A stretch of 64,000 nucleotides of DNA, taken from the NCBI GenBank assembly GCA_963815195.1, contig CAWFGE010000014.1, forward strand, positions 128,001-192,000, read 5' to 3'. The DNA is from an uncultured Planctomycetaceae bacterium (lineage in GTDB: Bacteria > Planctomycetota > Planctomycetia > Planctomycetales > Planctomycetaceae). Below the pieces are notes generated by a model. It worked only from the letters and a program-made list of their open reading frames with translations, made no database searches and was not told the origin of the DNA. Positions 52,733 to 61,613 of this stretch are shown here, piece after piece. The translations under genes were made by a program, and so were the position numbers. Each line of letters starts with the position of its first letter. The first letter of the stretch is position 1.

Positions 52733-55047
52733 TCGGCCTTTCTCATTTGAAACGGCACGCTGCGAGTGATCCCTAAAATCAAAGCCGAAAACCGGTCATC
52801 ATCGGCGTTGGCGTCTGAAACGATTTTCCGAATCGCCGGGGCATCGAATTCTTCCACGCCCCGGCCTAACGCATAGGTCAACAGTTTTTCGGTAAGCGTC
52901 GTCACAAACAGTTCGGGGCGGTCGAGCAAGGCTTTTTCCAAGCCGGCGACGCCTTCAAACTCGCTGCCGTCGGGCAGACCGCCGGTCGCATCGATCGGTT
53001 GGTCGGCTTCGATGTCCCGCCAGCGGCCGACGGCGTCGAAGTTTTCCAAGGCAAGTCCGACGGGGTCCATCAGGTCATGGCAGCGGGCACACGTCGCGTT
53101 GGCCCGATGCTCGGCCAGACGCTCGCGGACGGTGAGATTCGCAGCCACGGTATTGTCTTTGAGAGCCGGCACATTCGCCGGCGGCGGAGGCGGCGGCGTG
53201 CCCAGAATGTTCTTGAGCACCCAATGCCCGCGAAGCACCGGCGACGTCCGCGTCGCATACGATGTCACCGTCAAAATGCTCCCTTGCCGAAGCAACCCGC
53301 CCCGCTTGCTGCCTGAGTCCAACTTCACCCGGCGAAAGCGGCTGCCGTAAATGTGCGGGATGCCGTAGTGCTTCGCGAGGCGTTCGTTGAGGAACGTCTC
53401 ATCCGCCCGCAGCAAATCCAACACGCTCCGGTCCTCCCGGAGAATGCTTTCGAAGAACAACTCCGTCTCCCGCCGCAACGACCGCCGGAGGTTGTCGTCG
53501 AAATCGGGAAACATCCGCAAATCCGGCGTGAAGGAATCCAGGTTCCGCAGGTACAGCCACTGGTCGGCAAAGTTCTCGACCAGGCTTTGCGAGCGGCCGT
53601 CTTTCAATATCCGCCGAACCTGTTGTTCCAGAATCTTCGGTTGATGCAGTTTGCCTGCCTCGGCCAGATCGAGCAGTTCATCATCGGGATTGCTGCTCCA
53701 CAAAAAGAACGACAACCGCGACGCCAATTCGATGTCGCTGATGCGGTACGCCGTGCCCGGCCGAGCATCCGCGGGATCGCGCTCCACGCGGAACAGGAAA
53801 TGCGGATTCACCAGGATCGCGCTCAAGGCCGATTCAATCCCCGCCTCGAAATCCTTCTCCGATCGTGCTTGCCGATAGAACTCCAACGGTTTTAAGAGAT
53901 CAAGTTCGGACACCGGCCTGCGATAGGCCCGGCGGGTGAGGTTGGCGAGAATGCGTTTCGCGGAGGCTTCTTCGTCTTCAGAAGTTTCCGGGCGGGTGAT
54001 GAAAATTCGCCGGCGGCTGGGCGTATCGCCGGGGCCTTTGGTGGAAAACGGGCCGGTGATCGACACCTGATACACCGCCGGCGACAACCGCGGATGCCGG
54101 TGCATGTTGAAGTGGGCTTCAAACGATTGGCGTTTGGTTTCGAGCAGCGACGTGGGCTTCTTCAAAAAGGTGACGCCGAGCTTGTGCGGACCGGCGGTTG
54201 CCTCAAAGCGGGTTTTCAAATGCCGATCCACTTGGGAATGATCCGCCCCGCGCGGCGGTTTGACGGGGAAGGATTTGACGAGCTTCCGGTCCAACAGCAC
54301 TTCCATCTCGTGCGGTTCTTTGAGGCCTTCGACTTCTTCGTTGCGGTCGCGGGTCAGGCGGACCTGGATTTCGTATTCGCCGGTTTGCGGGAAGTTGTGG
54401 GAGACGACCGCGCCGCCCCGCGTGCCCGCAGGCAGCCCGGGGACATGTTTTTCCTGCGTGAGATCGGGCCGGAGGCGAACCGTTTTGCCCTCCGGCGAAC
54501 CGCTGCCGCCGCCGACTGCGAGCCGGCTGATTTTCTGGGCGGCCGAGATGTAGCGGTTCAACAGCGTGGGCGAAAGATTGCCGACGGTGATGTTATCAAA
54601 TCCCTGGCTGGATTCCTCGGCCGGCAACAGCGTCTTGGCATCGATCTCCAAGTCCAATAAATCCCGGATCGCGTTTTGGTACTCCGTCCGCGTCAGGCGA
54701 CGAAATGTTTGCGTCCGGCCCGGCTGCGGCTGCTTTTCGTAAGCCGCGTCGAGCGGAGCAACGATCGACGACACCGCGGCCTGATATTCCTCTTCCGAAG
54801 GCTTCGGCATCTCGCGGGGCGGCATCTGGCGGGTCTTTAATCGCCGGACCACTTTCTCCCAGACCGCGGCATGCTTTTCGAGCGGCTGTTGGCTCAAGGA
54901 TTGCAAATCCAATCCCGCCGTTTTCGCGTTCGCGTTATGGCAATCCGTGCAATGTTTGCTGATAAACTCGCGGGGAACGTCCGCCCGGCAAGGCGAATGG
55001 ATCGCCGCGAAGAATAAGCAGAGCCATAGCAGCTGGCGAAAGGACAT
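52729..55047 (-). CDS. DUF1592/DUF1588-type planctomycete cytochrome c domain protein
   Basis: CTDCH, QMPP, RRLTRTEYQNAIRDLL, ELASRLSFFLWSSNPD, TSPVLRG, CARCH, ENFDAVGRWR. Confidence 0.92.
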   Translation of the reverse strand: MSFRQLLWLCLFFAAIHSPCRADVPREFISKHCTDCHNANAKTAGLDLQSLSQQPLEKHAAVWEKVVRRLKTRQMPPREMPKPSEEEYQAAVSSIVAPLDAAYEKQPQPGRTQTFRRLTRTEYQNAIRDLLDLEIDAKTLLPAEESSQGFDNITVGNLSPTLLNRYISAAQKISRLAVGGGSGSPEGKTVRLRPDLTQEKHVPGLPAGTRGGAVVSHNFPQTGEYEIQVRLTRDRNEEVEGLKEPHEMEVLLDRKLVKSFPVKPPRGADHSQVDRHLKTRFEATAGPHKLGVTFLKKPTSLLETKRQSFEAHFNMHRHPRLSPAVYQVSITGPFSTKGPGDTPSRRRIFITRPETSEDEEASAKRILANLTRRAYRRPVSELDLLKPLEFYRQARSEKDFEAGIESALSAILVNPHFLFRVERDPADARPGTAYRISDIELASRLSFFLWSSNPDDELLDLAEAGKLHQPKILEQQVRRILKDGRSQSLVENFADQWLYLRNLDSFTPDLRMFPDFDDNLRRSLRRETELFFESILREDRSVLDLLRADETFLNERLAKHYGIPHIYGSRFRRVKLDSGSKRGGLLRQGSILTVTSYATRTSPVLRGHWVLKNILGTPPPPPPANVPALKDNTVAANLTVRERLAEHRANATCARCHDLMDPVGLALENFDAVGRWRDIEADQPIDATGGLPDGSEFEGVAGLEKALLDRPELFVTTLTEKLLTYALGRGVEEFDAPAIRKIVSDANADDDRFSALILGITRSVPFQMRKAE

Positions 55048-55220
55048 AAAGAGCAACTGTCCGTGCAAAGGCAAAAATCGACGGTTGATTGAATTTTGCT
55101 GCGGGAGATTTCAGTATAGACGCAATTCCCCGAACCTCCAAGTTACGTGTGACCCATGTCCCGCGTCGGCAGTCCCTGGCTGCGGATTCTCTCGTCCAGC
55201 TTTTTTCGAAAGTTCGCACC

Positions 55221-56135
55221 ATGAAAACCACCCGTTTGCGTTATGTCGCGGCCCTCCTGCTCGTGACCAGCGTCGCTTTGGGGCAGGAGCGCCAAAACCC
55301 GCGGCAGGCGCGGAACGTCAAAATCACCCGCGACGTGGAATACGGAAAAGCGGGCGAACGTAGTTTGAAGCTGGACATCTACCAGCCCGAAAAACCCGCC
55401 GGCGACAAGCTGCCCGTCATCGTCTGGATTCACGGCGGCGGCTGGCGGGGGGGCGACAAGTCCAGCGGCTCGCGGCTCGTGGGCCTCGTGAACACCGGCG
55501 AGTACGTCGGCGTGTCGGTGGGGTATCGGCTCAGCGGGGAAGCGACCTGGCCCGCGCAGGTTCACGACTGCAAAGCCGCCCTCCGCTGGGTTCGCGCCCA
55601 TGCCAAGGAGTACGGCATCGAACCCGACCGCATCGGTCTCTGGGGCAGTTCCGCCGGCGGGCATCTGGTGAGCCTGTTGGGAACGTCGAGCGACATCAAA
55701 GATCTGGAAGGCGAGAACGGCACGCCCGGCGTTTCCACGCGCGTGACCTGCGTCGTCGATTATTGCGGACCGTCGCTGCTCAACGTGTTTAAGCATCCCG
55801 CGGTGATCGCCCTGTTCGGGTCCGAGGAGAATCACAAAGCCGAATCGAAAGCCGCGTCTCCCGCGGCCTATGTCACCAAGGACGACCCGGCGTTCCTCAT
55901 CGTGCACGGCACCCAGGACAAAACCGTACCCATCTCCCAAGCCGAGCTGTTTTATGAAAAGCTGAAAGACGCGGGCGTCGATGTGACCTTCATCAAAATG
56001 GAAGGCGGCGGGCACGGCATCGGCGGTGCGGAGATTTCCCAGCGCGTGGCCCTTTTCTTCGACAAACACCTCCGCGGCAAAGAGGTACAAGTCTCGGATG
56101 AACCGATCGCCGTGAAATCGCCAACCGCAGAATAA
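55221..56135 (+). CDS. Secreted alpha/beta hydrolase (esterase/lipase)
   Basis: HGGGW, GSSAGG, HGTQD, GGHG. Confidence 0.9.
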   Translation: MKTTRLRYVAALLLVTSVALGQERQNPRQARNVKITRDVEYGKAGERSLKLDIYQPEKPAGDKLPVIVWIHGGGWRGGDKSSGSRLVGLVNTGEYVGVSVGYRLSGEATWPAQVHDCKAALRWVRAHAKEYGIEPDRIGLWGSSAGGHLVSLLGTSSDIKDLEGENGTPGVSTRVTCVVDYCGPSLLNVFKHPAVIALFGSEENHKAESKAASPAAYVTKDDPAFLIVHGTQDKTVPISQAELFYEKLKDAGVDVTFIKMEGGGHGIGGAEISQRVALFFDKHLRGKEVQVSDEPIAVKSPTAE

Positions 56136-56147
56136 TCGAAGTTCCCG

Positions 56148-56942
56148 TTGGCCGTTTGGAAAACAATTGTGTCAAACACGATCACCTGCCACGACCGCGC
56201 GTGTCTGACCTTTCCGGTGGAGTGCATCCGCTGCGGGGTTGTGCCGGAAACCATTCTGACGGTGGAGGCCACCCGTCGCTGGGATTTGCTGATCTTCGAA
56301 CACGACGTCACCCATGAAATCACCGTGCCCATGTGCCGTCGGTGTTGGGCGATTCGGAAGTTCGCGGGATTTGTCCTCGGGCTCGTCATCTTGGCCGGCG
56401 GATTGGGTTTCGGCATGTATTTGCTTGCCAACGCGCCCCAACAGGCCCGCCTGCCGTGGGTCGCGGGATTTATGATCTGGTTTGCCGCAATTGTTTGGTA
56501 CATCCGCAACCGGCATTCCCGGTGGATGGACCGCTTGTTTGCGGGGGTGTCGGCAGGGCCTTTGCGGAAAGACGGCACGTTTTCGCTTTGGCTGCGCCGC
56601 CGTCCGCTTGTGGATCAAATCGGGTACCAAGACGAACCGAGGAAATACATCGCGGCTGCCGGCTACGCCACACACGAAGAACGCGACTTAAAGCGGTTGG
56701 CCAGTTGGTGGGGCAAATGCTTCCTGGGAGGATTCTTTATGCTGGCCGGTTGGTTTGTCTGGTGGGATTTGTCGTTGCTCGAAGCCGGTCGTCGGCCAAA
56801 AGTTTTTTTGCCCAGCGGATTCACGCTCCTCTACGACCTGTTCGGCAAATGGCCGCCGAGCCTGATTTTTGGAATCCCCGGCATCCTGCTCGTGGGTTGG
56901 GGAGTCTGGCAATTCCTCAACGAAAAACGATTTGGCGTTTAG
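56148..56942 (+). CDS. Hypothetical membrane protein with CxxC pairs
   Basis: CIRCG and CRRC followed by four hydrophobic segments; fills the gap between co-oriented genes. Confidence 0.6.
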   Translation: MAVWKTIVSNTITCHDRACLTFPVECIRCGVVPETILTVEATRRWDLLIFEHDVTHEITVPMCRRCWAIRKFAGFVLGLVILAGGLGFGMYLLANAPQQARLPWVAGFMIWFAAIVWYIRNRHSRWMDRLFAGVSAGPLRKDGTFSLWLRRRPLVDQIGYQDEPRKYIAAAGYATHEERDLKRLASWWGKCFLGGFFMLAGWFVWWDLSLLEAGRRPKVFLPSGFTLLYDLFGKWPPSLIFGIPGILLVGWGVWQFLNEKRFGV

Positions 56943-57099
56943 CCGCCGCGGGTGCAAAACTCGGATCCTAACGCCCCGGCGATACGCTCTTGCGGGAGGG
57001 ACGCCGAAATCGGGAACGCTTTTCAGGGGGCCTTTGTGAAACTACATTAGGCGCCAGTGGCAGAAACCGGAAACTCATTTCACACATTGGCAAGCGAAT

Positions 57100-59160
57100 A
57101 TGATCGTCAGTTGGAATTGGCTCAAAGATTATGTGAACCTCGAAATGCCGGTGGACGAGTTGACCCATCGGCTGACAATGGCGGGGCTGAACCTCGAAGA
57201 AGTGCACCACCTCGAAGGCGATGTGGCGATCGATCTGGAAGTCACCAGCAACCGCCCCGATTGCCTGGGGCATCTGGGCGTGGCCCGCGAGATCAGCGTG
57301 CTATTTGAATTGCCGCTGAATATCCCGCCCGCGAGCGTGCCGGCCGTCCCGCAACAAACGTCCGAAATCACGTCGGTGGACATCGAATGCCCGGACCTTT
57401 GCCCGCTGTATGTCGCGCGGGTGATTCGCGGCGTGAAGATCGGCCCCAGCCCCGACTGGCTCATTCAGCGTCTGCAGGCTTCGCTGTCGCGGATTGATGA
57501 AGAGGACCCAACCAAAACCGCCCTGTATCGGCCGATCAACAATGTGGCCGACATCACGAATTATGTGATGATGGAATGCGGGCAGCCGCTGCATGCGTTC
57601 GATTTCGACAAACTGCATGGCGGGCGGATCATCGTCCGGCGGGCGAAGGCCGGCGAAAAGGTCACCGCGATCGATCAGGCGGAGTATGCGCTCGATCCGG
57701 AGATGTGCGTGATCGCCGACGCAGACCGCCCCGTCGCCATCGCCGGCGTGATGGGCGGGTTCGATACGGAAATCAGCCAAGGCACGGTGAACGTGTTGAT
57801 CGAAGCCGCGGACTTCGCGCCGCTTTCCGTCCGCAACGCGGCCCGCCAGCTCAAGCTGCACAGCCCTTCGTCCTACCGGTTCGAACGCCAGGTCGATCCC
57901 GCACAAATCGATTGGGCCAGCCGGCGGTGCTGCGAGTTGATCCAAAAACTCGCCGGCGGGGATCTCTTAACGGATCCCGTGATCGCCGGCCAACGTCCCG
58001 GAGCAACGCGGCCGGCCATCAAATTGCGGTTCGACCAGATTCCCCGCATTCTGGGGATCGACATCCCGCCGGGAACCGCCGTCAAGATTCTAGAGGACCT
58101 GGGCCTCGAAAAAACCGGCGGGCAAAACGGCTCGTGTGAAGTCATCCCGCCTTCCTGGCGGCGGGATCTGAACCGCGAAGCCGACCTGATCGAAGAAGTC
58201 GCCCGCATTCACGGATACGATAACATCCCCGCCGATGTTCCCGTGCCCTTGGCTCCAAGCGCTCCGACCACGCGCGATCAGGTGCAAAACCGCGTTCGCG
58301 AAACGCTGACCGGCGCGGGCTTTTTCGAGGCGATCACGCTCTCGTTCACCACCGAGGAAAACCGCGCCCGGTTCATGCCGCGAGGCGATTTGGCCCCGCT
58401 CGCCGTCGAGCATTCCAGCCGCAAGCACGAAAACCTGTTAAGGCAAAGCCTGGTGCCGCACCTCTTGGAATCCCGCCGCGAGAACGAACGCCAGGGCAAC
58501 TTCAATGTGCAGCTTTTCGAGATCGCCAAGGTCTATCTAAAAGCCTCGCCGGGGACGGCGGAGCGCGAAGTCGAGCCGACGGTCATCGGCCTCGTCAGCG
58601 GGCGGCCGTTTCGAGAATTGAAGGGCGTGGCGGCCGAATTGGCCCGCCGGATCAACCGCGGCGCGCTCGTCACCACGCGCCCCTCCGACGTTGCCCAGTT
58701 CGCTCCCGGCCGCGGTGCCGAGTTGCTGCTCAACGGCGAGCCCTGGGGTTGGCTGGGCGAACTGCATTCCAACATCGCCGACGACCTGAAGCTCCGCGAT
58801 GAAACCACCGTGGCGGAACTCGACCTGGCGGCCTTGGAGGCGATCGCCGATCTGACGCCGCAGTTCGAACCGCTGCCCCAGTTCCCCGCCGTTATGCGGG
58901 ATTTGAACTTCATCCTCGACGAAGGCGTGACCTGGCAGCAACTGGAACAGACGGTCCGCGCCGCCGCGGGCGAACTGTTGGATGCCGTCTCCTTCGGCGG
59001 CCAATACCGCGGCCAGCAGATCCCCGCGGACAAAAAGTCCTACCTCGTCACGGTCGGCTACCGCTCCCCCGACCGCACGTTGACCGCGGAAGAAGTGGAC
59101 GAAGCCCAGAAGGCCGTCATCGAAGCCTGCGAAAAACAACTCGGGGCCCAACTGCGGTAA
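57100..59160 (+). CDS. pheT: Phenylalanine--tRNA ligase beta subunit (short form)
   Basis: MIVSWNWLKDYV, VTSNRPDCLG, GQPLHAFD, SYRFER, RRDLNREADLIEEVARIHGY, FPAVMRDL, DRTLT. Confidence 0.96.
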   Translation: MIVSWNWLKDYVNLEMPVDELTHRLTMAGLNLEEVHHLEGDVAIDLEVTSNRPDCLGHLGVAREISVLFELPLNIPPASVPAVPQQTSEITSVDIECPDLCPLYVARVIRGVKIGPSPDWLIQRLQASLSRIDEEDPTKTALYRPINNVADITNYVMMECGQPLHAFDFDKLHGGRIIVRRAKAGEKVTAIDQAEYALDPEMCVIADADRPVAIAGVMGGFDTEISQGTVNVLIEAADFAPLSVRNAARQLKLHSPSSYRFERQVDPAQIDWASRRCCELIQKLAGGDLLTDPVIAGQRPGATRPAIKLRFDQIPRILGIDIPPGTAVKILEDLGLEKTGGQNGSCEVIPPSWRRDLNREADLIEEVARIHGYDNIPADVPVPLAPSAPTTRDQVQNRVRETLTGAGFFEAITLSFTTEENRARFMPRGDLAPLAVEHSSRKHENLLRQSLVPHLLESRRENERQGNFNVQLFEIAKVYLKASPGTAEREVEPTVIGLVSGRPFRELKGVAAELARRINRGALVTTRPSDVAQFAPGRGAELLLNGEPWGWLGELHSNIADDLKLRDETTVAELDLAALEAIADLTPQFEPLPQFPAVMRDLNFILDEGVTWQQLEQTVRAAAGELLDAVSFGGQYRGQQIPADKKSYLVTVGYRSPDRTLTAEEVDEAQKAVIEACEKQLGAQLR

Positions 59161-59212
59161 CATCGATTTGACACGAGTGATTCATGGAATGGATGAAAGA
59201 CCTACGATCCAA

Positions 59213-61518
59213 TCACACCAAACCGCGGCGTTTGCGGAAGAACCATTCGAGGGATATTAAACCCACGAACACACACAGGAACCACCAGTTGTCCCAGAGA
59301 CGCGTGCGGGTGATTCTGGAAACCAGTGTTGGCGGCGGATCGTCGAGCAAATCCTGCAAATAGTCCTTGAGTTCTTCCGGCCTCAAAAACCGGCCGCCGG
59401 TGGCGTTCGCGATGTCTTTCATCAGTTCCGGGTCGGCGGCGGGGTGATCGAGTTCCAAGTCGCGGGTGTTGACCAGAAACCGCGTCCAGCCGTCCGGCCC
59501 CAGTGACGTGCCGTCTTTGCTGCCGGACACGCGGACCCAATAATCGCCCGGCTCCGCGGTGCCGGCGAACTCGGCGAGATGCGTGTCGCCGCTCTGCCGA
59601 GGATTGAGCGATTGCTCTTCTTTCTTTTCCGTCCCTTTTTTTCCCGGGGCGATGACGATGGGCTTGAACTCGGCCCCGGGGATCGGAAGTCCGTGCTCGT
59701 CCCGCGCTCCGAACTCGACCTGCACCGATTGGTTCGGCGAATAGCTGCGCGGATTGGCCCGGGCCCACACCGCCTGCTCGCCGTCCATCTCTTTGCGGGA
59801 CAGGTACAAAATCATCTGCTGCCAGAACCGCTGATGCTCTTCCTCATGCCCGGCCATCACCCACTGCCACGTGGTATCGCCCGCGAACGCCATCACGCGG
59901 GCCGCCCCGACTTCGTGCGTAAACAACAACGGCGCGCCGCGCGGGGGTACTCGGCATCGGTCGCCGCGAGCACCTGGACCGCGGCGTTTTTCTGCTCCAG
60001 GCGGTTCGCGCTTTGGAGCGGCGGCAGACTTTGCCAGCGCTCGAGATTTTTGGAGAGCGTATCGAGCCGCATGATGTAATGCGCAAGCCCCTGCCGGGTG
60101 GGGAGCATCTTGAGATCCTGGAAGTAATGATCGGACTCCGAAACTTCGCCGCCCCGCGCCGCCGTGCCTGTAAGCCGGACCGGCAACAAGGGCTCGAGGG
60201 CTGTGCCTCGATAGCCGCCCGACCCGAACGTGTGAAATCCGCCGAGCATCAACAGCCCCGACCCTTCGCTGACGCGGTTCGCCAACTGGTTGAGCAAATT
60301 CGGGCCGAAAACTTCCGCAGGCACGTCGCCGATGATGTAGGCATCGTACTCGCCGGGCTCGAACATCCGCGGATCGATCTGGTTCTTCGCCAGGTAAGGC
60401 AGCGGGCGGATGGGCACGAAATCGATGTCGATCTTCTTCGAGCGGTTCGCCAGTTGGATGTATTTCTGCTCCCAGTACGGTTTGTCGAAGTAGGCGATCT
60501 TCACGCCGCCTTTGCGGACGCTGATGATCGTGGCTTGCTCGTTGTTGGTCACCTTGAGTTCGCCGTCGGTCGTTTCCACGCGGACGGCGAGCTTGAACTC
60601 GCCCGGCAACTCGGGCACGAAGGACAACTCGATCGGGATGACTTCGTTGTTCTTGGTCGGCGTGACTTTGACGAAAGGCTCGGCATTGCGGGTGACGGGC
60701 AGTTCCACAAGCGGCCCCGTCTCGCCGGGGGCTTTGCCGGTGCGGTCTTCCAAGAGCACCCGCACGGTGAGTTCCCGGCCGACGGCCCCGAACGTCCTCA
60801 GCCGCGCCACCACCGGGACCGTCGTTTTCACGAAGGGTTCCGGAGCGACCGACACATCCTCGATCGCCAGATCGACGGCTCCTTTGAGCTCCGTGCTGCC
60901 GAACACGATCGTGGAGATCGGCACCCGGTGCGTCGGGTGGTTGCCGATCCGCTGCGCGACCTGCCGCGGCGGCATTTCCAAGGGCGGCAATGCCCGTTGG
61001 GCTCCGTCGCCCAACATTAACACCGCGACCAGTTGCTCGCGGCTGTTTTCCTTGAAGGTCTGATCGAGCACCGCCCCCATCGCAGTCTGCGGACCGGTCG
61101 CCTCCGGCGAGAGCGTCTCCACCGGCGTGAGCGAATCCGAAAAATCATAGTAGCGGATTTCGATCTTCTCTTCGAGTTCTTCCAAGAGATCGCCGGCATC
61201 GCCCAGGGTCTTGATGAGCGCTTCCCGGCGGGACAAACCGCCCGGGGCGTCGCGGGTCGTCATGCTCCGGCTCGCATCGGTGAGGATCAGCATCGCCCGC
61301 TGCTTCTCGTCGCGTTCTTCGTGCTGGATCTCCGGCCGGAGCATCGCCAGACCGAGCACAACCGCCGTCGCCAACCGCAATCCCAACAGCCCCCGCCGCC
61401 AGGGCACCGGCAAATGCCGAACGCGAGGCGGATAGGTCACCAGCACCAGCGCCACCAGCCCCAGAATGGCCAGCATGACCAGCGGATAAGACCAGATTGG
61501 ATCCAGATGGAACGACAT
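59213..61518 (-). CDS. Membrane-anchored vWA + glutamine-amidotransferase-like protein (frameshift near 59940)
   Basis: LTDASRSM (MIDAS-like), GDG, YDAYIIGDV, GLLMLGG, DTTWQW...HQRFWQQMILYL, IANATGG, EWFFRKRRGLV. Confidence 0.82.
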
Positions 61519-61529
61519 CTTCAAGAGGA

Positions 61530-61613
61530 TTTTCGGTTCTCGGTTTTAGTCCCAGTTTTCGGTTTTCGCTTTTTCAATTGAAATTGGTCATGGGTGCCTG
61601 GTCATTGGTCATT
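61530..61613. repeat. Short heptamer-type tandem repeats (TTTTCGG, TTGGTCA)
   Basis: ttttcggttctcggtttt...ttttcggttttcg and ttggtcat...tggtcattggtcatt. Confidence 0.5.
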
